Below, piece after piece: positions 33,531 to 43,288 of a stretch of DNA of 64,000 nucleotides. Origin of the DNA: a virus (Duplodnaviria > Caudoviricetes). The notes under the pieces are model-generated. The model was given only the letters and a program-made list of their open reading frames with translations, had not been told where the DNA came from and made no database searches. Within the stretch, counting starts at the first letter, position 1. Every line of letters starts with the position of its first letter. The DNA is taken from the IMG/VR virus record IMGVR_UViG_3300023174_000037. The stretch is one strand, 5' to 3'. Position numbers and translations under genes: made by a program.

Positions 33531-34105
33531 CACTTAAATGGAATTTTTCTAAGATCAGGATAAACTCCAGGCTGTGCTTTTGGCTCAATGGTAGGTAATA
33601 GCTCTAGCCCTTTGATACACAGTTCTAAGGTAGGGCAATAATGGTAACCCAAGATCAATTCGGTTTCTTCCTGCCACGGTATATTTAGATCTCTACCATC
33701 CGACCGTTGTCGGCTAAACAGCCGGTATGCATCTGGGTTATCTAGTAAGATAGCACCCACCTTGCCTAACTGTAATGGTTTGGTCCAACCAAAACTAAGA
33801 CACTGCATTGCGCCCGGCCGGTACATTCCTGGTTCAAGTCTGCGAGCACTATCCCAAATCCTTGTGTTCTTAAACTGATATTCACCGACCCAGGCTTCAT
33901 CAAGCATTTCATAATCTATATCCAGATGCGTCAACGTCATTGGAACACTTAGATATGTATATGCTGGAAACTGACATTCTTTGACCTGTTCGTACCGCAT
34001 ACACAACTCAATGGCGTGTGTGCAACCGTCAGTTAAAACCACATATGGAGCACCTGTGTATTCAGCTAAGGCTTGCTCAAATTCAAATAATTTTTGAAAA
34101 CTCAT
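33527..34105 (-). CDS. Truncated DegT/DnrJ-like PLP-dependent aminotransferase-fold protein
   Basis: FEQALAEY.GAPY, DSA and SF..TK motifs; only 192 aa. Confidence 0.7.
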   Translation of the reverse strand: MSFQKLFEFEQALAEYTGAPYVVLTDGCTHAIELCMRYEQVKECQFPAYTYLSVPMTLTHLDIDYEMLDEAWVGEYQFKNTRIWDSARRLEPGMYRPGAMQCLSFGWTKPLQLGKVGAILLDNPDAYRLFSRQRSDGRDLNIPWQEETELILGYHYCPTLELCIKGLELLPTIEPKAQPGVYPDLRKIPFKC

Positions 34106-34461
34106 TCTGACAGGTGATCTTTCTTGATTTCACGTACCGGACAACTTAATTTTTCTGCCATTAAATTTTTAAGTGCCACACGCTTATTATTATGATCTCG
34201 AATAGCAATAGCACGGCGTCCTATTTCTTCCAATGCAAGTTCTGCCTCTCGACCTGTTTTAAGTTCTGCCTCTAGGTTCCATATTTCGTTGTGTATGCGT
34301 TTAAGATCTTCGTACTCGTTGGCAATTTTTTCAAGGTTAATATGAAGAGCTTGATACTTGTACCATGCTAATTCTTCGTTGTTAGCGCCGGTACGTTGGA
34401 ATTTAATCTCAGCGATGGCTAGTCTATCAACTAATTCAATAATGGGAAATTTTAGATTCAT
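34102..34461 (-). CDS. Hypothetical coiled-coil protein
   Basis: ORF track; coupled. Confidence 0.7.
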   Translation of the reverse strand: MNLKFPIIELVDRLAIAEIKFQRTGANNEELAWYKYQALHINLEKIANEYEDLKRIHNEIWNLEAELKTGREAELALEEIGRRAIAIRDHNNKRVALKNLMAEKLSCPVREIKKDHLSE

Positions 34462-35111
34462 AGTTTAATTTGCTTGATTAAATGATCCGTCCACATTTGA
34501 TGCCCTATTGCATTTATGTGTTGATCTGTTTTGCTCAGTGCTACTTTATTTTCTACAATAAATTCTAACATAAAATTGTCATTTTGCCTGATAATTTGGT
34601 CAACACTTTCTTTGCTAAAATAAAATGGCAAGTATTGGCATGGCACTTTGAGGGCAACACTATCCATACAGGCTTCAAAATTACAGCGTTGTTCGTATTC
34701 CGAATAGTAGTTGTTAAACCAGGAATCATAAAATTCTACTGTAGAATTTTTAGGTTTTGCAGACCAAACCCATCCATCATTCTGTTTAGCATTAAAACTT
34801 CTAAATAAAGTTTTTGTTTCTGTTTGGTAAACTAACCCTGTTTTGGCTGTAGTAACATGAATTGGATTATTTGGATCAAAAACAAATGATTTTCTTGACG
34901 GATGACTCCATCCAATTATGATTATGTCATCATGATTGATTTTTTTATAATTTTCTAAAAAAGAATGATAGATAAAAAAATTGTCTGCTCCTTCTTGAGC
35001 AAAATTGACATATTCACAATCTAATTTTTTAGATAATAAAAATGGCCAAGACTGTTGTTCTTCTAGACCATGCGCCAAACACATACTATGGCCAAAGATC
35101 CATAATTTCAT
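34458..35111 (-). CDS. SGNH hydrolase-like protein
   Basis: IFGHS, NFAQEGADN and DQHIN..GH motifs. Confidence 0.55.
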   Translation of the reverse strand: MKLWIFGHSMCLAHGLEEQQSWPFLLSKKLDCEYVNFAQEGADNFFIYHSFLENYKKINHDDIIIIGWSHPSRKSFVFDPNNPIHVTTAKTGLVYQTETKTLFRSFNAKQNDGWVWSAKPKNSTVEFYDSWFNNYYSEYEQRCNFEACMDSVALKVPCQYLPFYFSKESVDQIIRQNDNFMLEFIVENKVALSKTDQHINAIGHQMWTDHLIKQIKL

Positions 35112-36136
35112 AGATATAATCCTTCAATTTCTTTGGGATTATTCAATATATTTTGTATTTTAATGTTACTAATATTTGGTCTACATGGAGCACAAAATTC
35201 TACACGAGTTTTATTATATATTTCATAATGTCTTTCGTTCAACCAACTATTTCGGAAGTCCCCGGAATCCCAGTCAGCCAATTCAAATTGTGGATTTCCT
35301 TTGCCTTCACAACAAATGTATATTTTGCCGTCGGCACAAAATACAGGAAAGTGAAACATCTGATGACACTTTTTATAATTACGCGGCAGTGTTTTATTTT
35401 GATTGGCGTAGTAGGGCAACTTGTATTCTTGACTATATTTGTCTAACCTAGAAATAGTCTCTTCGGTAATAGGATAGGCTTGGTTGTTAATAATTACCGG
35501 ACGAAAATACAGCATACGTCCACCTAGTTGTTTAACCAACTTAAACAGATCGTTCATTGCTTCGTCAGTGTCGTTTAACGGATTAATTAATGCCTTAAAA
35601 TCAACATTGACTCCGGCTTGGATTAGGCCACGTGCATTGTCGCATACCTTAGTAAACAAACTTTTAGCAGTTAGGCTCCGACGTATTTTTTCATACAATG
35701 GTTGGGTTCCAGCATCAATATCAACACCAATCCAGGCCAACTTACGCAATTTATCCACGTGAACATTATCTAACAAACGATCTAAATTGCTGCCATTGGT
35801 AGTGATACTTCCAAGGAATCCTAGATCTATTGTGTGTTCAATGACTTGTTCGTAGTTGACCAATACAGTAGGCTCTCCTCCACCCGGATATGTTATAGTA
35901 TGCGTTGTTCCGTAACTGTTGGGAGTATGCGCTCTCCAACCGGCTAATTTATCTAGCAAGGAAATGTATTCTGTATATTTTTTTTGCACAGGCATTGCTG
36001 CTCTAAAGTCTGCACTGTTGCAGTAATAGCAGTCTTGATTGCATACATTAGTTAAATCAATGTCTACTTGTGCGGGCAATATTTTCATTGTGCCCTGATT
36101 TTTCATCCAATGAACTAGTTCGGCATATTGATACAT
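35108..36136 (-). CDS. Radical SAM protein with SPASM/twitch domain
   Basis: CNQDCYYC, GGGEP and C-terminal CH...C...CC...CAPC. Confidence 0.88.
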   Translation of the reverse strand: MYQYAELVHWMKNQGTMKILPAQVDIDLTNVCNQDCYYCNSADFRAAMPVQKKYTEYISLLDKLAGWRAHTPNSYGTTHTITYPGGGEPTVLVNYEQVIEHTIDLGFLGSITTNGSNLDRLLDNVHVDKLRKLAWIGVDIDAGTQPLYEKIRRSLTAKSLFTKVCDNARGLIQAGVNVDFKALINPLNDTDEAMNDLFKLVKQLGGRMLYFRPVIINNQAYPITEETISRLDKYSQEYKLPYYANQNKTLPRNYKKCHQMFHFPVFCADGKIYICCEGKGNPQFELADWDSGDFRNSWLNERHYEIYNKTRVEFCAPCRPNISNIKIQNILNNPKEIEGLYL

Positions 36137-36139
36137 CAG

Positions 36140-37093
36140 TTACTTATTGTACCAAGTCCATGCGTGTTGGATAACATCAGTTAACCCAAATTTTGGTTGC
36201 CACGAACTTGCACTCATAAATTTAGTAGGATCGGCAACAAGTTGAGCTGGATCTCCACTGCGTCTTGGACCATGCAAGTAGGCTATGTCTTTACTCAGCA
36301 CAGCAGATGCCGCCTGCAATACTTGTAGATTGCTATGACCTTGGTTGGTACCTAAATTATAAATGTTGGATTTAACGGAAGGATCAATTGCGGCAATATG
36401 AGCCTCGGCTAAATCCTCTACGTGGATATAATCACGAACGCAGGTGCCATCTGGGGTTTCATAGTCGGTGCCATACATAGTAAAGTCTTTGCCATCGCGA
36501 ACACTTTCTAAAAGTCTAGCAACAATATGTGTAGCACCTGGTGCTTGTCCATGACGACCTTGACTATCAGCACCACAGGCATTAAAATAACGGAATGAAA
36601 CAAAGTCCAAACCATATGCACGTTGGTAACTTCGCAACATCCAGTCAATCATCAATTTGCTTTCACCATATGGGCTAATTGGCTCAGTAGGATCAACTTC
36701 CTGCACAGGAGTCATAATAGGATTGCCATAGGTTGCGGCACTGCTACTAAAAATAATCCTAACTTGTTTGTCGTGATTTTTAACCAGATAGTCTAATAAA
36801 ATTTTAGTCTTGACAAAATTGTTATTGTAGTATTCTTCTGGATCCTGCACACTAGGACCAACCAGACTAGTACCAGCACAATGAACAATGGCATCAGGAC
36901 AAAATCTTTTAATAGAATCCAGTCCTATCTCACCAGAGTAATCCCCAGTGTGCCATTGACACGGAACAGGAATCAAATTCCCAGGTGGCATTACTCGATC
37001 AATAGCCAGCACATCGTGACCAGCATCTACTAATTTTAATAAAGTCTCGCCACCAATAAATCCTGCGGCACCAGTAACTACAACTTTGCTCAT
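36140..37093 (-). CDS. galE: UDP-glucose 4-epimerase
   Basis: TGAAGFIG, SSSAATYG, YGESK, RYFN and RDYIHV motifs. Confidence 0.92.
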   Translation of the reverse strand: MSKVVVTGAAGFIGGETLLKLVDAGHDVLAIDRVMPPGNLIPVPCQWHTGDYSGEIGLDSIKRFCPDAIVHCAGTSLVGPSVQDPEEYYNNNFVKTKILLDYLVKNHDKQVRIIFSSSAATYGNPIMTPVQEVDPTEPISPYGESKLMIDWMLRSYQRAYGLDFVSFRYFNACGADSQGRHGQAPGATHIVARLLESVRDGKDFTMYGTDYETPDGTCVRDYIHVEDLAEAHIAAIDPSVKSNIYNLGTNQGHSNLQVLQAASAVLSKDIAYLHGPRRSGDPAQLVADPTKFMSASSWQPKFGLTDVIQHAWTWYNK

Positions 37094-38295
37094 CCTTCAA
37101 TTTTCCTTACGTGGTATTTGGCTTGACTCACATGATCTCGATATCTATTGCCTGCACGATTCCATACCTCGCCTTGGCCTTCTAAGATATCCACAATACG
37201 ATCTACTGTGCCATCTGTCCAATTTGAGATTAACCCCATGTTGTGATGTGGTGTTTGTAACAAGTTTTCTAACTTGTGGTATGCATCGTCGATACTCCAG
37301 GGCACATATAATCGGTTGGGGTCGTTAGCAAAAGTTTCAGGAAAGCTACGGTAAGCAGGATAGAGAACGTTACAGCCCAAAGTGTCTGCTTCAGAGACTG
37401 TGTTAGAGACCCAGTCTTGTAATGCACAATTAAAAAGAACACGAGTATCATTAAGCAAATTATAATAGTCATTTTTCTTCAAGTTCTCATAAATTACGAG
37501 TTTGCCCTCACGTTCTAACTGACGGGCACGATTGATATATTCAGGATTGTTACTGCGTAATGGGCCACCTTGGAACACAGCAAACTCAACGTTTTTAACA
37601 CGACCCTGTGCGTGATACATTTCAATCAAGTCCATAAAGAATCCAGGTTGCTTCTCTTGATCAAAGCGGGCGGCAAAACCCACACGCATTCGACGTTGGT
37701 CAAACGGTTTGATATTTTGTGAGCCACCTATACGCTCTAGCACTTCCGCTTTGCCAAATGCCAATCCACTAATATTGTAGATCGGTGCTTCCCAACCTGC
37801 AATACGCATATGAGCAACCATTTCTTCATTAGTTGCCAATACACCAGTGGCAAATTCATTAACCATTTTTTCATAGATGCCCATCCACTTTGCCATACCC
37901 CACACATGAACAAAGTCATCTGGATCAATGGCCTGAGCAAGACAGCGAACATAAATCCTAGGACGCTGGTTAGGATCCACTTGATCGAGAATATAAGGTA
38001 AGCTCTCGATACCGGGTTGAAACATGTCTTCAAAATAGATGACATCTTCACTGGTAACTTCTCCATTACGCATCATTTGAACTAGATTCATCATCTGGCT
38101 CATGCTGAAATAGGACCTGCCGTGTGCGTCTAGAACCTGACCTACACTAATACTTTGTGTGTTGTCAATAGTGATGCCAGGAACATAGACTACATCTAAG
38201 CCGCGTCGGTCAAACACACGACGGTTCCATTCTGTGAGTTGTAGTGTATAACGGGCCTCGTAACTCTCAAGACCCATATAAAATAACTTACGCAC
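37090..38295 (-). CDS. GT-B fold glycosyltransferase, probably DNA-modifying (GTG start VRKLFYMGLE)
   Basis: ARFDQEKQP, QDWVSNT..EA and P.Y.SFPE motifs; adjacent to galE and the dpdA block. Confidence 0.7.
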   Translation of the reverse strand: MRKLFYMGLESYEARYTLQLTEWNRRVFDRRGLDVVYVPGITIDNTQSISVGQVLDAHGRSYFSMSQMMNLVQMMRNGEVTSEDVIYFEDMFQPGIESLPYILDQVDPNQRPRIYVRCLAQAIDPDDFVHVWGMAKWMGIYEKMVNEFATGVLATNEEMVAHMRIAGWEAPIYNISGLAFGKAEVLERIGGSQNIKPFDQRRMRVGFAARFDQEKQPGFFMDLIEMYHAQGRVKNVEFAVFQGGPLRSNNPEYINRARQLEREGKLVIYENLKKNDYYNLLNDTRVLFNCALQDWVSNTVSEADTLGCNVLYPAYRSFPETFANDPNRLYVPWSIDDAYHKLENLLQTPHHNMGLISNWTDGTVDRIVDILEGQGEVWNRAGNRYRDHVSQAKYHVRKIEG

Positions 38296-38515
38296 GGCGG
38301 TGTCCTGAGAATCTACGGCTATCTTCGTCCCACATGTTCTTGGCATTCTTGCCTTGGGTGAACTTGTTATACTGTTGCCAAGCATAACTGCGGAAGTTAT
38401 ACAAGTCTTCCTCTCGATATCTGTAGCCATAATCTTTACAGAATTCCAAGTAGTTTGACAAATCTTCTAATGCTTGAAGTGCTCTTGGATTTGCACGAAA
38501 TTGGGTTTTGCCCAT
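38288..38515 (-). CDS. Hypothetical protein
   Basis: ORF track; AAGGA RBS. Confidence 0.7.
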   Translation of the reverse strand: MGKTQFRANPRALQALEDLSNYLEFCKDYGYRYREEDLYNFRSYAWQQYNKFTQGKNAKNMWDEDSRRFSGHRRA

Positions 38516-38526
38516 GATATTTCCTT

Positions 38527-38976
38527 TTAAATTACAATTGAATGACTTGGACGGGTGAGGTTATAATTAATTGAGCATCCGTTTTCACCGTCCTCGGACA
38601 CTTCAATTGTAACACAACGATTGGGATAACGTGCAGCAATTTGGAGATATAAGTCATCGGCAATCATTTCGCAAGACTTAAAGTCTAATTCTAAAACGGT
38701 ATTCGCACCGCTATACAACGCTTCGAGCCATCGTTTGAACTGGATAAACTCGATGTCTCGGTCATTGTGCCACACATCGATTGACACCCTGAAATGAAAT
38801 ATATGGCGATGAGGATTAGCAAGGAACGCAACATTGTATTCATCGCTAGTATTTAACTGTGGATCTGTTGCGGCTGCTGGATAACAATGGATTCCTTCCT
38901 TACGGAATGTAACCCAAATCTGTCGACCTGCGGCTTCTTTGATGCGCTCAACTGTTTCTCTTTCTGCTTGTATCAT
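38527..38976 (-). CDS. QueD-like T-fold protein
   Basis: GIH.YP, HRHIFHF, RDIEF, SCEM.A and V.EDGENG motifs. Confidence 0.65.
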   Translation of the reverse strand: MIQAERETVERIKEAAGRQIWVTFRKEGIHCYPAAATDPQLNTSDEYNVAFLANPHRHIFHFRVSIDVWHNDRDIEFIQFKRWLEALYSGANTVLELDFKSCEMIADDLYLQIAARYPNRCVTIEVSEDGENGCSINYNLTRPSHSIVI

Positions 38977-39299
38977 TTTTGTAATAACTCCATAGTTACA
39001 ATTTTGCCGATTGATTCTGACAAGTCTTGGTCAGAAGTGACGATATGTAATTTGACCCGTTGCTCATCTTTTTTGTAGTCGTACCATCTGGTCTCTATCA
39101 GTGTGCCGCCATTGACGGCCTGCACACTAAACCTAATAGGGTCTGGCAGCTCTATACCATTTGAAATGTCGTCGTCAATTATTGAAAGAGAATTAGATAT
39201 GGCACGACCTTTTCGGCGTACCTTAATCTCATCCTCTCTAATATCACGATTGAAATCCCAACCCCATTTCATTAAGTTTGACCATAACCATCTAATCAT
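38973..39299 (-). CDS. Hypothetical protein
   Basis: ORF track; coupled. Confidence 0.65.
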   Translation of the reverse strand: MIRWLWSNLMKWGWDFNRDIREDEIKVRRKGRAISNSLSIIDDDISNGIELPDPIRFSVQAVNGGTLIETRWYDYKKDEQRVKLHIVTSDQDLSESIGKIVTMELLQK

Positions 39300-39835
39300 T
39301 GTATTACTTCGTCCTTGGTATATTTAGACCAGTCAGTAAACACTGATCTTTTTTGTAAGTCGTGTAGACTGTGACACCACACTCCGGGATTGGTTGCGGC
39401 AAAATCCTTGTCATCCAGTTTGAGTGTAGCATTATAACCCAATTGATTGATGTAGGGCAACTTTACTGAAATCATAGGAATAAAGTTGTGATTCTCTGTT
39501 AGGCCACTTTCCAACAGGCCTTCTACACAAGTGCTATCAATGTCCAAGGTACATAGAATGTTCCGTTCCAACACTGAATGAATCATGGTCTCCCAAGGTG
39601 CCCAGCCTGCTCCATCGTTTACAGCCAGCTGAGGAAAACTCATATTGGCTCCAAAATACACATGTTCAATGTGTTGACTAGAATCCAGTAGCGACCGAGA
39701 ATCATTTACTATTTCAAGAATTTTATGATAGTCTTGAATACCGACCACAAACAGAGTTTTCTTGCCGTAAGCAGGGGTATGTTCAACTTCAGTTCCTATA
39801 AAGAAACTAACGTCACTGTGTCCATCTCTGTTCAT
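39296..39835 (-). CDS. Hypothetical protein coupled to dpdA
   Basis: ORF track; overlaps dpdA stop. Confidence 0.7.
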   Translation of the reverse strand: MNRDGHSDVSFFIGTEVEHTPAYGKKTLFVVGIQDYHKILEIVNDSRSLLDSSQHIEHVYFGANMSFPQLAVNDGAGWAPWETMIHSVLERNILCTLDIDSTCVEGLLESGLTENHNFIPMISVKLPYINQLGYNATLKLDDKDFAATNPGVWCHSLHDLQKRSVFTDWSKYTKDEVIQ

Positions 39836-41559
39836 TATACTTGATCTTGTTCTAATTGATCTAATCGGGCCAGTTGGTCCGGGCTAAAGTCTTCGTCTAA
39901 TTGTATACTATCTTCATCGGTGTTGTCAACATCAACTTCTTCAAATAAGGCATTAAATTGACTGTGTGCATTTTTGGCTTTCTTACCTTTGAATCCACGA
40001 GTACCTACAATGTCCATCCAATAACGATCATAGTGCTCAATGATAGCTTCGGCTTCAGCACGATCGGGTGTGGCAAATATAGCATCCACAATGTCTTTGA
40101 ATCGAGCATGGTCGCCATTTTGATTCCACATCATAGCAGGCCACGATCCGTTATCATATTCACGATTGGCACGTTGTACCGCTTCAAGATGCATCCAAAC
40201 ATTATGACCCATCAGCAATGCATAACTGAAACTGTCCCAGCTTGTTTTACCTTCTTTGCCAATTTTGTTTAGCATACCAGGTTGGTAGTAACAAACATCT
40301 TTCATTTGCAGTTGTAGACTAATTGGGCTTTCATCAAAGTGATCAACCAACCCATCTGCTACCACAGCTTGACCGTACGGACGAGTGTCAGTGCTATACT
40401 TTTTGTCATCGGCAATAGGACTCATACGATAGCACCACTTGTCATTATGTGGCAAATCAATGTGGTGATAAACCTGTCCGTTGGCAGTGGCCAAGAACGG
40501 ACTGGCACAGTCAAACGAGATTGTAAATGCTGGATTAACATACTTACGCACAGCACGTTGGATGTCTGTTAGTAATACTGCCCACTCTAGTTTGCTGGTG
40601 CCCAAGAAGTGCATCCAATCGTGAACACCTTCTTTGAGTAATCCATCGTGGCGTAGTGCCACAAGTCTACGCAATACCAAATGAACATCACACATGTTCT
40701 GTCCGCCCATACTCCATCCATCGAAATGTGTGTCTGGATATAAGTTAGGGTCACAATAGTGTTTCATTGTGTCATACCAACGATCAGCGTCGGCATGATT
40801 GGCGCCTTGTAGAACATTCAGCACTTTCATGCCACCATTCTTAGCACCTTTACGATGGCGCATATAGTAATCATTGTTATACTTGGTGGCCGCTACTGCT
40901 TCTTCTAATGTTGTGATACCACATTTGTCGCTGGCATTTTTATCATGTATGACCCAGGTCGGAATATCAAGTGTCATGCCATAATCTGAAACACCATCCA
41001 ACCATTTAACTACCGCCTCTCGTTTCTTCTGTGCAGCATCTAACAAGTTCTGGTAGTTCTTAACATGATCAATCTTGACATACTTTTTGTTGCCATTCTT
41101 ATCGTGCTTGGGCGTTCCGTCTGGTTTAAGATCTAATACGTGTTCAACACCTTTGGCCTTGAGTTCGGCCATCTTAGCCACGACCTCGGGACTAGTTGGG
41201 TCACGCCATTCACCTTCCCATAAGCCTTTGGCAATTTGGAATCCACCCGAGTCGCCTAACATAAGAGTACCTGGCTCACGATTACGAACCATGTCTTCAG
41301 ACCAGTCCTGCTTGGTAAGATCCAAGTTGGCATGTCCACCCGAGTAAAGCGACCATCGGTACGGAAACAGACCTTTGGCGCTGTTAAGCCAGTTCATCTG
41401 TTCCATGTCTTTTATTGCAGCAGGCATACGTGCCGGATCCACATAAGGACCATTAACCGGATCACGTTGTTTGCCTATGTAAGTGGCATAGAAGCCACTG
41501 ATAGCCGGCAGGAATACAGCGTAATCGTTTTGCTTGGCGGTTAAGTTATCTTGGGTCAC
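39835..41559 (-). CDS. dpdA: TGT-like deazaguanine DNA transglycosylase (DpdA-like)
   Basis: GDSGGFQ, MTLDIP, VLQG, HFLG and SFD motifs of the TGT TIM barrel; queE/queD/folE nearby. Confidence 0.75.
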   Translation of the reverse strand: MTQDNLTAKQNDYAVFLPAISGFYATYIGKQRDPVNGPYVDPARMPAAIKDMEQMNWLNSAKGLFPYRWSLYSGGHANLDLTKQDWSEDMVRNREPGTLMLGDSGGFQIAKGLWEGEWRDPTSPEVVAKMAELKAKGVEHVLDLKPDGTPKHDKNGNKKYVKIDHVKNYQNLLDAAQKKREAVVKWLDGVSDYGMTLDIPTWVIHDKNASDKCGITTLEEAVAATKYNNDYYMRHRKGAKNGGMKVLNVLQGANHADADRWYDTMKHYCDPNLYPDTHFDGWSMGGQNMCDVHLVLRRLVALRHDGLLKEGVHDWMHFLGTSKLEWAVLLTDIQRAVRKYVNPAFTISFDCASPFLATANGQVYHHIDLPHNDKWCYRMSPIADDKKYSTDTRPYGQAVVADGLVDHFDESPISLQLQMKDVCYYQPGMLNKIGKEGKTSWDSFSYALLMGHNVWMHLEAVQRANREYDNGSWPAMMWNQNGDHARFKDIVDAIFATPDRAEAEAIIEHYDRYWMDIVGTRGFKGKKAKNAHSQFNALFEEVDVDNTDEDSIQLDEDFSPDQLARLDQLEQDQV

Positions 41560-42278
41560 TTGCTTTGTGCTGGAATAATGTAGGTGTAAACAGCAACTCC
41601 GGAATCAACTGTGATTTGAGCTGCACCATCATCACTGATACGCATGACTTTATCGCCGGTCAAATCAAGAATACTGATCACAGTCTTAATCGGCCATGAC
41701 CATGTGCGTTTAAGTGTTCCTGTTACTCCTGGTTGGAATACAAAGTTGCCAGCGTGTGTGCTGTGGTCACCAAAGAAAAACTTTAGATCACCGTTTTCAG
41801 TTTTGGCTTGAAAATTGACTTCTTCAGCATTGGCCTGTGCCTGCATCTTAAGTCGCTGAATAGAGGCCACTGTGGGTTCAAACTCGATGTGCCAGTTGAC
41901 ACCTTTGAATTTAACTGTCTTGGCTTTTTCAGTTACAATTTCACTGGCCATAAAACGATAGGTATTTTTAAAGTCTTTAGTGGCATTTTGAAAACTGATA
42001 CCATCGGGCTCACCGGTGGTTTTCTTTGTAACACTGAGTTCAGCGCCTTCTTTATACTCCGGCAAATTCAAAAGAATATTAAGTTTTGCCAAGTTTGGCA
42101 TACCAAACAGTCCAATAAATTCTGGCACCGGGTTAGCATACTTGCCCTCTACCACTACGCTACGATCCTCGGCTACACCAAAGATATCAGTTGACTTGTC
42201 GTCACCGGTAATTTTAACCAGGTCAATGCAACCTAATTTTAATGTATGTTCTACTAAGTCTAGTAAATGATCTTTCAT
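41556..42278 (-). CDS. Putative sliding clamp (gp45-like)
   Basis: About 240 aa, beta-rich; AGGAG RBS at MKDHLLD; two genes from the DNA polymerase. Confidence 0.6.
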   Translation of the reverse strand: MKDHLLDLVEHTLKLGCIDLVKITGDDKSTDIFGVAEDRSVVVEGKYANPVPEFIGLFGMPNLAKLNILLNLPEYKEGAELSVTKKTTGEPDGISFQNATKDFKNTYRFMASEIVTEKAKTVKFKGVNWHIEFEPTVASIQRLKMQAQANAEEVNFQAKTENGDLKFFFGDHSTHAGNFVFQPGVTGTLKRTWSWPIKTVISILDLTGDKVMRISDDGAAQITVDSGVAVYTYIIPAQSK

Positions 42279-42309
42279 ATATTTCTCCTTGTGTTTGATT
42301 ATACGTGGT

Positions 42310-43287
42310 TTATTTAGATTTTGCAACAGGTTTAGGTAATATTTTTGCTAAACTTTGGCCGCCACGCAACGAAGTTAACTTTCCGGGTTTTCGAAGTTCT
42401 ACCCATACACTAGGCGAATCGGACTGATGACAAAATATTTCTTCAAATCCTAAATAGTTTGCCCAACCTCTAACCAATGATCCAGGAGTGTAACCAGTAA
42501 TTCCTTGTTCAACTGCCTGCATGGCCATGTAACGATCACAATCATTAAAAGTCATGGCCAACACCCCGCCTGGCAATAATTTTTGATAAATTTCTTCAAG
42601 ATATATTTTTACCATAGCAAACGGACGGTAATCTAAATAATTATAGGCCAAACAAAACCCAATCTGTTGATCAGGTAATCGATTTAAGATTGGATGATTA
42701 AACGATTCGTTGATTACGTAGGGCCGCAACCTATTTTGATACACTGGATTAAATTGTGACAGTGTAGGTTCTAACAAATAATGACTTTCGTCTACTAGAT
42801 ACAACGGATCACTAGCTGTCATTTCGTGTACGAACGGCTCCAACATTGGATGTATGATCATGGCCGGATGTTTCCAATCGCAGTAATTAGCAACTCGGCT
42901 TTTTAATGCTGATTCTGTTTCTGCATCTCTTCGAACTGGTTTATTACGATGTAACCCTAGGTAATTTTCTGTTTGTGCGTAGTTGGTTTCAAGATATTTT
43001 TCATATTCAGTGTAATTTCGATGCAACCATCCTTGCCCTTGTTCAGAAATTAATCGTTGCACTTCAGATTTTAATTCTAGTAATTCTTCTTCAATGCTGA
43101 TAAACACTGATTGCAATGCATGATTCTTTTCTTTTAATTCTTGTTGGAAACCAGCGTCAACACCGGCTTCTGGTACGTCAATGCGTTCAATAATCAACTC
43201 AAATCTGCTACGAGATTCCCGTTGAAGATCTTGCATAGTGAGTTCTTCTAAGCGGTTATTTAAGCGTATTAATTCAACTAAATTCAT
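42310..43287 (-). CDS. Coiled-coil plus class I SAM methyltransferase-like protein
   Basis: YLEEIYQKLLPGGVLAMTFND motif. Confidence 0.55.
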   Translation of the reverse strand: MNLVELIRLNNRLEELTMQDLQRESRSRFELIIERIDVPEAGVDAGFQQELKEKNHALQSVFISIEEELLELKSEVQRLISEQGQGWLHRNYTEYEKYLETNYAQTENYLGLHRNKPVRRDAETESALKSRVANYCDWKHPAMIIHPMLEPFVHEMTASDPLYLVDESHYLLEPTLSQFNPVYQNRLRPYVINESFNHPILNRLPDQQIGFCLAYNYLDYRPFAMVKIYLEEIYQKLLPGGVLAMTFNDCDRYMAMQAVEQGITGYTPGSLVRGWANYLGFEEIFCHQSDSPSVWVELRKPGKLTSLRGGQSLAKILPKPVAKSK

Positions 43288-43288
43288 A

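Noticed and set aside
37090-38430. 446-aa ORF-track start for the glycosyltransferase
   Set aside because: The extension overlaps the 75-aa upstream gene; a GTG start at 38295 fits operon packing better
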